64,000 nt of DNA from Octopus bimaculoides (taxonomy: Eukaryota), in contig NC_068982.1 in assembly GCF_001194135.2 (NCBI RefSeq), positions 173,013,333 to 173,077,332 on the forward strand. The letters run 5' to 3'. Both the position numbers and the translations under genes were made by a program. This document shows, piece after piece, positions 14,340 through 27,744 of the stretch (position 1 is the stretch's first letter; every line of letters begins with the position of its first letter). Under the pieces are notes generated by a model. That model searched no databases. It saw only the letters and a list, made by a program, of their open reading frames with translations, and was not told where the DNA came from.

Positions 14340-16239
14340 ACATAAAGGCAGACAAAATATCAAGACTTCAAAATGTGTATTGATTGATGGACGAAAAGAA
14401 TATGTTGCATATGAAAGCACATTTATTGTTTATTAAGTTTGTTTCCAAATCAATAATTAGGGTTGCGTCCTTGATAGTTTTGTCAACACAGAATGACAAC
14501 CTTGCAATTGATCATATTCAAAAGCTTTTTTGGGGATACTTATAAGAAGTGGGCTATGTAAGTTGCTGCATATCTTACCATTACTTAGATAATTTTCTGA
14601 ATAAAGCAGAGTATGGTCACAGATGGTTTTGGTGTGATGAATTTTTATCAGGTAAAATGTTTTGCAGCACAGCTTGTTGACTCAGCTTTGTAGCATGTGA
14701 ATGAATATGCTATAAACATTAAATGTTTACATATATTAAACTGGGTGATACAGCATTTCTAGCAACTTTACTATTTCCCAAACTCTGCTTTACTTAACTG
14801 ACACAGTTTGGGCATTTTTTCAATACATCTTTAATGATTTGGCTTAAGCATTGTGATACTAACAACCCATTATTAGAGGTCAGTGTCCTTACACTTTGTA
14901 AAGTGTACAGAGTATGATATCAATAAAAGAATGATGAGAGAACAGGAGTTATCTAATCATGTTCATTAACTTACACCTGTTTCTGTTATAAGTAAGTGTT
15001 CTCAGAGCTGAGTGCTTGTGCAACATCCCTTGGTGCTGGACATCTTTTTTCTGCTATTAATACTTTTATACTTTTTAGCACTATACACCTATACAAGATG
15101 CTTTCTCAAGATGGGTACCTCATCATCATTCACTTCACTGTACTTACTCAGGCCTTTTCCACCATCATCATTTTTACATCCATTGTCCCATGCTAGCACA
15201 TTTTCAACACATTGTATCACCATTTATTAAATTCATTTATTGTCTCATTTGTGAAGTTTGGTATTCTGCGATCCACTTTTATCTCTTCTATCTATGTCTC
15301 CCTCTCTTTTGCTTTGTAGTTTCTTTCCTATTACATGTCATGCCTCTATTTCACCTGTCTATTATCTTTGCTATGTAATCACATGTCCATACCAATGTAG
15401 TCTTCATTTTTGCACATTACCATTTATTTCTCTTATTACTGGTTTATCTCACTGATCCTCTGAACCATGCTGTTCAAGCAACCAGTGGAGCGAGTTTTCT
15501 TCATTTTCCTCCAATTTACATATCCTCTATATTTACTTAGGGCTGAACTTGCTTTTTCTTTTTCCATACTTACATATTTCATCACATTCCCTGTGAATGC
15601 TTTGATCACTTCTCTGTCTCACTCAGCCAAATGTGCTCTAACCCAGTGCCAAGTCTGTAGTTTTGAGCGGGTGAGGGACAAATTTGTTTCTCAAAGGGGA
15701 GCTAGGATATTTATTTTATACCTAACTTTCCTTGTAGGAGGAATTAAACTTCATTTTGTTGGTTATCCAAGTAAATATCTGTTCATTCTACAGTACTGCC
15801 ATTGTTTGTAGAAATGGACTTTATATAACACTCTGTGGTACCTACATAGAATTAAATGAACATAACTGTTGAGAAATCATGTTCCTTTGACACAGTCAAT
15901 TGACATATGAGTTGCAGATACTTTAGCTGGTTGTTCAGTACCCTATTAAAGTTTGTACAAAAGGAAAATGATAATAATAATAATAATAGAGGTAACTTGA
16001 ATGTGGAATCTAAAAACAGAAACAATTCCTATCATAGTAGGTGCCTTAGGTATAATAAAAAAAATATTCAGACATATATAACATACAGAAAATTGCACTA
16101 CTGGGCACTGCACACATCCTACGCAAAACACTTTCAATACAGTAACCATAAGAGCATCACAGCAAACCACAGCACATACCCAAGGCGCACAGAGCTGCGC
16201 TCGGTAGTGAAGCGAAAGCACGTTATAAAAATAAAACTA

Positions 16240-16274
<35 letters not shown>

Positions 16275-17079
16275 TAATAATAAATGGCAGTCACTGCTGC
16301 AAGGTTTGAACCTTTGTCACTTTGGTTACCTGGCTAGGAGTGTTAAATGTGTGATCTAGTACTGTGCTCATGACTTGTGTAAGTGCTGGATTTTATCCCC
16401 TCCTTTCTCACCTAAGTAATGGAATGCCACCTTAATTAGTGCTCTGCTAAGTTCATTAGGAGCTGAATTAGGACTTTGCCTCCCATAAACTTCCTTCTCT
16501 CCTCCTCTTAGACAAACATGTGCTGTCTCACACGCACACACGCACTCACACATTCTCCTCTCTTCCCCCTCTCTCTCTCTCTCTTTGTGTTACTGTCAAG
16601 CCCCCACCACCACCACCACCACCGTATCTCTTTGCCATTATAACTATCTCTCTTTTTCTGTCTGTCTCCTTTCTTCTTCTTCTGTTAGGTGAAGTATTTA
16701 TCCATGTATAAGCATTTATGTATGAATAATTGTATGACAGTGAGAATAAAACCAGCTTGATGAATATCCAAAGGAAATCCTTAGGTTTTTTTATTTTTTT
16801 TTATCATTGGCAGGGTAGTAATGGTAGTAGAAATCTTTTTTCTTTTTGCTTGTTTGTTTGTTTGTTACTGTAATAGTTGTAATGGTAGTTGAGGTGGTGG
16901 TGGTGGTGGTGGTGATAGTAAAAATAGAAAACAGTGTCCAGAGACTTTCAGTTGCATAAGTTTCTTTTCACAGCTACTCATTTGCAAAGATACGCACACA
17001 CTTGGCTAGATGCCACTAATCTATGCAGTTAATTCCAAAGAACTAATAAAGACACAGACTTGTGCATGGACTTATACAA

Positions 17080-17119
<40 letters not shown>

Positions 17120-18181
17120 NNNNNNNNNNNNNNNNNNNNNNNNNNNNNNNNNNNNNNNNNNNNNNNNNNNNNNNNNNNNNNNNNNNNNNNNNNNNNNNNN
17201 NNNNNNNNNNNNNNNNNNNNNNNNNNNNNNNNNNNNNNNNNNNNNNNNNNNNNNNNNNNNNNNNNNNNNNNNNNNNTAATACAAAGAATATATATACATG
17301 TATACACACATATATGTACATACTTACATCTACATGTGTATATAGATGCATATCAGGGTACAGGATGTTAGAACAATGAACTACAGACAACGGAACGAAC
17401 ACATAGGAAAACAGAAAGCCACTTGGAATATTCCTTCATCAGCTGTCTCTATTCTAACCTGACGTTTCGAAGATAATATATATATATATACACACACACA
17501 CTCAATATATGAACCTGTACTCATTCACTCAAGGTTTTAGATAAATCATTCATTTTAACTATATCTCTTCTCTCTCTCCTCCTCCTTTCTTCACTCTTCA
17601 TTCTGCCTATTACCCTCTCTTTTTCCTCTTCTCCCTCCCACCACTTTTTGATTTTTTAAACCTTTACAAGCATTTGAAAGAAACTTTTGTTTATTTAGTT
17701 TTGAAAAAAGAATTTCTGGAAGCTTGATCTCAGAAGCCATAGCTTTAGTTACTGGCTAAAAACAGGGAATATCAAGTTTCTACACTAACATGTGATTGAT
17801 CTATAAGACAATAATATCTGATAAGGGAACTGAAATTTTGAAATGGTTATTGGCATCATTTTGGTGGAATTCACAGTAAGCTGGTTGATCCTTTTGCTCT
17901 CTTCTGTATCCATAGAGGCAGTTGGTACTTACCTTCAGAATTCAATATTGCAATAATTCCAAACCGAAATCCAAATGAATGAGACTGTGCTAAAAACAAT
18001 CGCCCCAAGGTGAAGAAGAGTAACTCCAAAAAATTAGTCAAAGTATCAAAAGATGTCACCTAATTGAGTCAATAAAGTGTTACATGATCGGATGAATAGG
18101 TGAAAGCTATATGATAAATGATGTGGGAGTAGGAAGACATCATGTGATAGAATCATGTCACATGATTGGATGAATAATAAT

Positions 18182-18569
18182 GTTGTTGTTGGCACTCCGT
18201 CGCTTACGACGTCGAGGGTTCCAGTCGATCCGATCAATGGAACAGCCTGCTTGTGAAATTAACGTGCAAGTGGCTGAGTACTCCACAGACACGGGTACCC
18301 TTAACGTAGTTCTCGGGGATATTCAGCGTGACACAGTGTGACAAGGCTGACCCTTTGAATTACAGGCACAACAGAAACAGGAAGTAAGAGTGAGAGAAAG
18401 TTGTGGTGAAAGAGTACAGCAGGGTTTGCCACCATCCCCTGCCAGAGCTTCGTGGCGGTTTTAGATGCTTTCGCTCAATAAACACTCACAACGCCCGGTC
18501 TGGGAATCAAAACCGCGATCTTATGACCGCGAGTCCGCTGCCCTAACCACTGGGCCATTGCGCCTCCAC
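18182..18569 (-). mobile_element. Full-length tRNA-derived SINE (family D), CpG-rich, (AAC)n tail
   Basis: Head GTGGAGGCGCAATGGCCCAGTGGTTAGGGCAGCGGACTCGCGG..GGTTTTGATTCC has Pol III A and B boxes. A related, internally deleted copy lies at about 39805-40110. Confidence 0.85.
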
Positions 18570-19379
18570 GATTGGATGAATAGGTGCAAGCTATATGATA
18601 AATGATGTGGGAGTAGGAAAACATCACGTGATAGAATCATGTCACATGATTGGATGAATAATAATAGACAATAAATAATGTTTTATGTTGAGACAACTAG
18701 GGTTGTCTCTTTTGACATAATATCAAATGAAGGAACTGAAATCTTGAAATGGTTATTGGCATCATTTTGAGAGGATTCAGTAAGTTGATTTGTCCTTTTG
18801 CACACTTTCATGTCCAACTGGAACAGTTGGTACTTAGCTTCAGAATTCAATGGACTGGAAGTTACACTCCTGGATGGTACACTAGCCTTTTGCAAGTGAC
18901 TAATATCACGCCACCACTGCCAGCTAATTTACGGTTCAAGCACACATACATACGTACCTTTACTTTGCACTTATATTCCATTTTATGGTCTAATACTATT
19001 GGCTATCACTAGCACTATAAAGTCAGGACCCACATCTTGATTGTTAGCCCCCTGGATGTTATTTCAGCCTTCCGTTCTTATTTTATGTGGCTGTTTGTGA
19101 TCATTTCCTTTATATTTAGGATATAACCCTTTTGGGACTATATTCTTAATCATTTGTATTCCCTTCTAGTTTCAACCAGAGGGTTCAGGTTATGCTGGAC
19201 CATTTGCCAGTGTTTCAGTTAATGTTGATAATTTTTAAGAATTTGGAGAGGAGTTAAAGGAAACTAGCTCTTTCATGATGAAGTTTCACATGGAGCAAGA
19301 CAGATGTTTCAAAGCTTAAGATATGATGGGAAGTTTTAAATCCAGATGTATGAAGTTTTTTTATTTTTTTTATTTTTTA

Positions 19380-19837
19380 CTCTTTTTATTCTTTTACTTG
19401 TTTCAGTCATTTGACTGCAGCCATGCTGGAGCAGTGCCTTTTAGTCGAGCAAATCGACCCTAGGACTTATTCTTTGTAAGCCTAGTACTTATTCTATCGG
19501 TATCTTTTGCCGAACCGCTAAGTTACGGGGACGTAAAAACACCAACATCGGTTGTCAAGCGATGTTAGTGGGGGGACAAACACAGACACACAAACATACN
19601 NNNNNNNNNNNNNNNNNNNNNNNNNNNNNNNNNNNNNNNNNNNNNNNNNNNNNNNNNNNNNNNNNNNNNNNNNNNNNNNNNNNNNNNNNNNNNNNNNNNN
19701 NNNNNNNNNNNNNNNNNNNNNNNNNNNNNNNNNNNNNNNNNNNNNNNNNNNNNNNNNNNNNNNNNNNNNNNNNNNNNNNNNNNNNNNNNNNNNNNNNNNN
19801 NNNNNNNNNNNNNNNNNNNNNNNNNNNNNNNNNNNNN

Positions 19838-19869
<32 letters not shown>

Positions 19870-20030
19870 GTATATATACGACGGGCTTCTTTCAGTTTCC
19901 ATCTACCAAATCCACTTACAAGGCTTTGGTCGGCCCGACGCTATTGTAGAAGACACTTGCCCAAGGTGCCACGCAGTGGGACTGAACCCGGAACCATGTG
20001 GTTGGTAAGCAAGCTACTTACCACACAGCC
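19380..20030 (-). mobile_element. SINE family A (tRNA head, CORE-like segment, internal microsatellite), gap inside
   Basis: Head ggctgtgtggtaag..ggttcagtccc, CORE-like ggcaccttgggcaagtgtcttct, internal (AT)/(GT) microsatellite, tail ..gatagaataagtactaggc..ccagcatggccgcagtcaaatgactgaaac. Confidence 0.8.
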
Positions 20031-20600
20031 TAGAACTAGTTTTAGATGGGTTGTTATTTAAAGGATGAAATTTTCCAGTTATATTATTAGAATTGCTGTC
20101 CTCTCACAGCTGAACATGTCAAGTAAATTGAAATTTTTAAATAAATAAGATATATAGATGTGCTGACTCACATAAACATACTCCTCATGATAAGTGTTGA
20201 CTATTCTCTTTGCTTGTAACTAGAGTAATAATCCATATTCAGTTTGATATTGTATTCCTTTATTCTTTTGCTGGTTTCAGCCAAACTGGCCATCCTGGGG
20301 TACCATTAGTAAGAGTGTTAACTGATCATGTTAACACCATTACTTATTTCAGTTTCGTACTTATTTTATCAAAGCACTAAGTTACAGATTTGACATAGCT
20401 TGGAGCCCTTTTACACCAGTAAGCATGAATACAAACACAGGCAGATACACACACACACACACATTACAAAACAGGCTTCTACCCAGTTCATATACCAAAT
20501 TCCACTCAAAGCATTGGTCACCTTGAGGCTAAAATGGAAGATGCTCAATATGCTACACAGTGGCATCAAACTGAATTAAATTGTCACAAAGCAAACCTCT

Positions 20601-20638
<38 letters not shown>

Positions 20639-21736
20639 GATGCATCCTGCTCTGCAGAACACTCCCTTCATCAGCTGTCAACTCCAGATTACAGTTATTT
20701 TAGCCTTTTTCAAATGTATCACTTCCAGCAGCACTGACCTGTATGGATTCTGCCCTATAGTATTGTTTTTCTTTTTCACCATCATCCATGCAGCCACTCC
20801 ACTGAATTAAGTGCAGTTCTATCCACTCTGTAATGGTCTTTCTCTCACATCTGCTGTGGATATTGGGAACTCAACTACCAAGAATATCCAAGGGAGATAT
20901 GAAGATGCTGGTAAATTGAGGCCTTAAAACTTGCTAGGAAGAACTGTCTACTACAGATATCTAGGCTTCCAATTTCTTGTTAGTCTCATGGATGGATGAC
21001 ATTTTTGTCAGGCTACTTACTATTAAATAGGGTAGGATAATTATCATGCGAATGCTGTAAAAACCCTATCGAGACAGTGAAGCCTGATGCAGTCTTCTAT
21101 CTTAGCTAGTCCCTCTGACACTGTCCAACCCATGCCAGCATGGAAAATGGATGTTAAATGATGTTGTTGATGATGATGATGTCTTCTGAGACAAAATAGA
21201 TGTCTATGACTGTCCTTTACTTTAATGACATCTCAGTTTTAGAAAACACTTGAAATTGTTTCCACTTGTCTCCTATGAAGCTGATCTCAATTGCCATTTC
21301 ATAATTATGACATAATTTTTAGAGATGGAGCTAACTTTCAATAAATCAAGAATTTATGCTGTATGGTATTTGATATACCTGTATTTGTCTACATTGCTAC
21401 TATATAACACTATTGGCCACGGGCCACTCTATCAAGTGGTTGGCATTAGGAAGGGCATTCAGCCGTAAAAACCATGACCTCACTGGTGCACTCAGTCCAC
21501 TCTGCAAGGCGGTTGGTGTTAGGAAGGGCATCTAGCCATAAAAATCATTCCAAAACAGACAGTGAGGCCTGGTGCAAACTTCTGGCTTGCCAACTCCTGT
21601 CAGACCATCCAACCCATACCAGCATGGAAAACAGATGTTAAATGATGATGATGACATAGATATATATATTTATAAGAATGAGAAAGCTACAATTTTGTCT
21701 TTACTGCATATTTCTGAGTATTTATGTATCATTGGG

Positions 21737-21783
<47 letters not shown>

Positions 21784-24644
21784 CTCCTTTTGTGTGTGCG
21801 TGTAGCTTTGTCTATATTAGTTGGAATGCTATTGATGCTTTACAGGTTGGCAAACGTTTTCAATGGGATATAAAGGTAATCCCATTAAAGTGTGGAGAAG
21901 AAGAGATTAATTATAGTGTGTTTATTAACCATGTGCACACACACACACACACACAGGCTTATGCAAAGTGTATATGAGCATATGTACATTTTATATATAT
22001 ATGTGTGTGTGTATTTATATATGTATGTGTGTGTATGTACTTATGTATGTGCATATATGTTTGTCCAACCCATGCCAGCATGGAAAATGGACATTAAATG
22101 ATGATGTTTGTATCCGTGTGTGTATATAAACACACATCTTACATTCAAGTTTAGAAATGGCTGGAAATGCATGGATTTTCTCGGCAAAGAAGGTTAAGCT
22201 GACTCAGTGGTGAACAGGCAGTGGGCATGAGGTGAGTGCTCTGGCAAGGTTCCCCTAAAAATAAGTAAACATAAAACTAAGGTCCTCCCTTGTGAGGGAT
22301 GTTGCTAGTCATATGTTTAACAAGAAGGGCTCCAGTTTATCATTAAAATAATATGATATATATGCAAACAGATACAGATAAGGTAGCTATCTGATCTCTT
22401 GGTTTGGGTTCACATGTTCAATATATTCTGTAATACCCCAATCATCACTCAGTAAATTGCCGAGTGTACTCTGCCAAGGTCCTTGAAAAGGGGGGTTTTT
22501 TTCTTTTCTTTTTCTCTGTCAAGTATATGAAACTTAGTCCATTGCCTCCCATCTGATACTAACTAAACATATTAATGTGATTCTTCCTACTGTAACAATC
22601 CATGAGGGAGGGTTTCTTGTTTCTTTTGTCTATTAGCTTCAAAAGTATCACTTTTGCTCTAGTAATTAAACCATAGGGAAAAAAAACATGGCCAATCTCT
22701 TGAACAGTTAAACAAACTGGAGGCAATGAGGTGTGCATGAAAGAAAGTCACTGCCTTAACCTTTTAGCATTCAAATTATTCTGTTAAATGTGAAACTTAT
22801 ATAGTCACATTGTTTTTTTTAATTAACCCATGCATTATCTCCTAGCTTTGAGATTTTGATGATGTAATTATTTAATTTTAGAGAACATTGTTTGGGTAGG
22901 TGTGACTTTAAACAGGTAGATTATTTGGGCTGGATGTGGTTGGTTTAAAGGGTTTATGAAAGAAAGCCCCTGTCTTAAAATGTTGATCCTTGCTTCACAT
23001 TACTGCTCAGCACACAGAATCTTTCTGTTTTAACCTCCAATCTGATTATTTCCTTACAAGTTCCTGATTGTCAGATGAAGAAGGTCACTTCTTCTGATCC
23101 TTACTGTCTGCCCCAGACAAGTGAGGCTGGTCTGGTTAACTAGCCAACCCAGAACATATGGAAGTTAAGGGCAATCCAGGCACCCAAGGACTAAATAACT
23201 GACAGTAGTATTAAAACCAGATGGCATGTTGTTTAGACTACTGAAGATTCTTTTTAAAATTTGGAAGATTTTATACTAGAAACTTTGTTTCAGTATGCTT
23301 ATAGAAACCAAAGAAAGCAACTGATCAAAGTTCTTTCCCTATTTGATACTCAAATCATAGCCAGTTTGTCCAAAATTTTAAGAACCCTAAGTTTGTCTGT
23401 CTTCCAATAATTTCAAGGTGTAGTTGGGAGTTAGATCTTATGGGGAAATCTGTTTGCTATTACTGCATGAAGCAAGTTGAGCGACAACACTGATGTAACA
23501 GTTAGCAATAGTTAATACAAGTAACTAATAGCATCAGTAGTAGAAGTAGTAGCCATTTTATACGAGTTGCTGTTATTAGCTGATGGAAGGGTTAAGTGAA
23601 TTAACCGGCTTAGAGTATTTAGCAGCAGCACCAGTAGTAGTTGAAGTGGTTAGTAGTCATTCTATTGCTGTGAAACTATATTTCTGTATTAACAACAGCT
23701 TTTGCTACTGTGATAGTTGAACGATTTTGTTGCTGTTACACTCTCTTGGCATTTACTGCTGATTCTGAAAGGGTTACTAGCCATAGACTCACACACTCTC
23801 TCTTCCTCTCCCCCTCTCCTTCATATATGTTTGTATGTTATTGGGTGGAGTAACTGTGAAATTTAATCCATACCATGGTTCTTTGTGGATATCCAAATGG
23901 ACACTAGCAATTTTCAGTGGATGTGTGAATCAGGGTTAAGAATTAATTTGCACTTGTAATACATGACTCCTATGCACTATGTGTGTATTATTTATATTGT
24001 GTGTGTGAGGCAGGATAATACACACACACAAGTGCATACCAATTATCCACTAGTGGCAGTTGGTTGATTTGTTGTGTTGTAATGCTTGTATGACAGTTTT
24101 CACACTCTATTAAAGAGCCTCTATAATCTAGAAACAGGAACCAAATTTGCCTCAAATCAAACCTACCATCTTAAGTTGACAGATTAGTTAGCAGTGGAAC
24201 ACCCTTGATCATAGGCCTGCTGGATCAACGCCCAGGGTTAAACAACAATAGCAATATCAACAAAATTCTTTCAAACCACACTCCACTTTCCACCAACCCA
24301 CTCCTTAAAACTATTTCATGGTAATGGGAATATGTCAAGTTTAACAATCAGTATTACTGTGTTCTGCACTTGCTGTAATTAGATCCTGTGTCCATGGAGA
24401 CTGGAGAGAGAAAAAGATCAAAAGCATAAGTTCATTGTTTGCCAACATTTTGTGCTCCATTTCAGATTCATGCATGTTTACATGACACAAACAACTTTAA
24501 TTTATATTGTGTGTGTGTGTGTGTGTGTGTGTGTGAGAAAGAGAGAGAGAGAGAAAGATATGTTCACATATACAATTCATTATAAGATCAAATACTGTGG
24601 TTACTAAAAATCCTACTACAGCTTAAATAATAATAATAATAATG

Positions 24645-24859
24645 ATAATCCTTTCTACTATAGGCACAAGGCCTGAAATGTGGGGGAAGGAGGCTAGTCA
24701 ATTGCATCAACCCCAGTATTTCACTGGTACTTAATTTCTCGACCCCAAAAGGATAAAAGGCAAAGTACACCCCAGCAGAATTTGAACTCAGAACTTAGCG
24801 ACAGGTGAAACACCACTAAGCATTTTGTCCAGCATGCTAACAGTTCTGCCAGCCCGATG

Positions 24860-24897
<38 letters not shown>

Positions 24898-26013
24898 AAN
24901 NNNNNNNNNNNNNNNNNNNNNNNNNNNNNNNNNNNNNNNNNNNNNNNNNNNNNNNNNNNNNNNNNNNNNNNNNNNNNNNNNNNNNNNNNNNNNNNNNNNN
25001 NNNNNNNNNNNNNNNNNNNNNNNNNNNNNNNNNNNNNNNNNNNNNNNNNNNNNNNNNNNNNNNNNNNNNNNNNNNNNNNNNNNNNNNNNNNNNNNNNNNN
25101 NNNNNNNNNNNNNNNNNNNNNNNNNNNNNNNNNNNNNNNNNNNNNNNNNNNNNNNNNNNNNNNNNNNNNNNNNNNNNNNNNNNNNNNNNNNNNNNNNNNN
25201 NNNNNNNNNNNNNNNNNNNNNNNNNNNNNNNNNNNNNNNNNNNNNNNNNNNNNNNNNNNNNNNNNNNNNNNNNNNNNNNNNNNNNNNNNNNNNNNNNNNN
25301 NNNNNNNNNNNNNNNNNNNNAATAATAATGATAATAATAATAATAATGGTTTCAAATTTTGGCACAAGGCCATCAATATCGGGGAAGAAATAAGTTAATT
25401 ATAATGACCCCCCCAGTGTTCAACTGGTACTTATTTTATTGACCCTGACAGTCAACCTTGTTGGAATTTGAACTCAGAACATAAAGATGGGTGAAATGCT
25501 GTTAAGCATTTTGCACAGTATGCTAATGCTTCTCCCAGTTTGCCACCTTGGTGATGACGATGATAATAAGGATTATAATAATCCTACTATAGGATTGAAA
25601 TTTGTTAGGGTTGGGGCTAATCAATTACATCAACCCCAGTCAGTATTCAACTGGTACTCGTTTTACCGACCCACGCGAAGGGCTGTGTCGATTTAGTGGA
25701 TTTGAACTCAGAGCATAAAAAGCCAGAACGAACACTGCTCAGCATTTCGTCTGACACACTATCAGTTCTGATGGCTCACTGCCTTAAAAATTGTAATAAT
25801 CCTTTCTAATATAGGCACAAGGCCTGAAATTCTGTGGTAGGGGTTTAATTGATTACATTGACCCCAGCGCATAAATGGTACTTATTTTATTGACTCTGAG
25901 AGGATGAAAGGCAAAAGTCAACCTCAGCAGAATTTGAACTCAGAACATGAAGTCAGGCGAAATGCAGCTAAGTTTTTTGTCCAGTATGCTAACAATTTTG
26001 CCATCTCAACGCT

Positions 26014-26051
<38 letters not shown>

Positions 26052-26525
26052 TATAATTATTATTATTATTTTTTTTTTTTTGTCCCACCCAATCTGTAAA
26101 AAACATCTGAAAACTTTAGAAATACCCTACAATCTAGGTTTGTTTTGCAAAAGTCGGCATTACTCAGAACTGCATGCATATTGCGTAAAGTACTGTCTGT
26201 CTGAGGTGCTTGTCGTGAATTGACAAACAGTACAAACTCCCGGTAGACACAATATTTTCAATCAACACCTCACAAAATTGTATACTGTGTGATGTCTATA
26301 ATAATAATAATAATCTTTTCTACCATAGGCACAAGGCCTGAAATTTTGTGGGAGGGGACCAGTCGATTACATCGACCCTAGTGTTTCACTGGTACTTAAT
26401 TTATTGACCCTGAAAGGATGAAAAAGGTAAAGTCAACTTCGGCGGAATTTGAACTCAGAACGTAAAAACAGATGAAATATCACTAAGCATTTTTTCCGGC
26501 ATGCTAACAATTCTGCCAACTCGCC
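24645..26525 (-). mobile_element. Head-to-tail cluster of about 5 SINE family B copies separated by (AAT)n
   Basis: Repeated unit (sense) gagctggcagaa..ctgagttcaaattcc..gactttgcctttcatcctttcggggtcgataaa..aagtaccag..ggccttgtgcctatagtagaaagg(att)n at about 24645-24855, 25345-25550, 25575-25790, 25795-26012 and 26310-26525. Confidence 0.8.
26082..26310 (+). mobile_element. Second 3' fragment of the same RLE LINE family
   Basis: Degenerate VPPNL*KHLKTLEIPYNL..LQKSALLRTACILRKVLSV*, with a 3' UTR clearly similar to the 62-kb copy (gtaaagtactgtctgtc..acagtacaaac.cccggtaga), ending in (TAA)n. Confidence 0.75.
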
Positions 26526-27700
26526 AATAATAATAATACTAATAATAATAGTTGTTTCAAGCATCCTAATAACACTAATGATATATTGGAGTTTGCACAT
26601 AGTCATAATAAATGATTCAATCGATCCAAGTGTTTGACTAACAATTGCTAATCATAGTTAAAAGTATTGATGGGTGAAGTTGATTTCATTGTGGTTTGAA
26701 CTAAGACCATCGAGAAATGAAAAGTAGTGTTTAGTGTAGTCCAGCACTCTGCTATTTCTGCCACTCCATTATCCTTATATTTAATAATAATAATAATAAT
26801 AATAATGAGGATGAGGATTTATATTAATATAATTATTGTTGTTACTACTACTATTACTACCGCTACTAACTTGCGTGCTTTACAATGAATCCTTGAAATG
26901 TCAAGATAACCTTACTAATGATGGTCGTTTAAAGATACTAAAGCTGCTACTATTACACCTACTACTATTGCCCTACTGCTGCTACTACTACTACTGTTAT
27001 TGATATTAGTGTAAACAACATAGTCCCTTATATTAATGCTGTGTTGTCCTACTCCCTCTTCACCTCTTGTGGATTCTAACTGCTGCTGCTGCTGCTGCTA
27101 CTACTACTACTACTATTATAACTATTACTACAGATAGTAATGTAACCAAGAAATCTCATCTGTGCCACCAAACCCCTCCCCTGCCAGTGGTCGATCTATC
27201 AGATTGTCTTGTCTGTCTAAATAAAAGGGCGATGGCTAGACTCTGGTCTGTCTGTTTGTCTGTCTCCTGCATCTCTGGCTCTTTTTTTGTTTAATAAAAC
27301 CATCACTGTTACTACCACCAGCACCTTCCCCATCAGTTTGAGTGGTATCCTCCATTCCCCTACCTCACCACTGTGGTCATCATCTTGATCATTCGCATAG
27401 TATTATTAATATTATTATATATCAGCAGATAGACAAACAGACTTAGGCAGTTTTGCAAACCTGTACGTGCATTTATACATGCGTAGCATGCAGACAGCAA
27501 TGTGTAAAAAAGGTAAAAAAAAAAAAACCATAAGAAATATTGTATAAATACATTCACATATGCAATGCTCGTGTATTTCTATATTCATAGGCATATAGTC
27601 AATGGTGTTGACACATTATACATGCACTCATGTGCAACTGTAAACCAAATACATGCATATATTTGTGAGTGAGCATATACATTCGAGTGTGTGTGTGTGC

Positions 27701-27744
<44 letters not shown>

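Noticed and set aside
22155-22237. Possible 5' UTR exon ending in GAG|GTGAGT
   Set aside because: Strong donor but poor acceptor, and no homology or expression evidence.
24645-26525. CRISPR-like repeat-spacer array
   Set aside because: Eukaryotic context; units are about 210-bp diverged SINEs with microsatellite spacers, and there are no cas genes.
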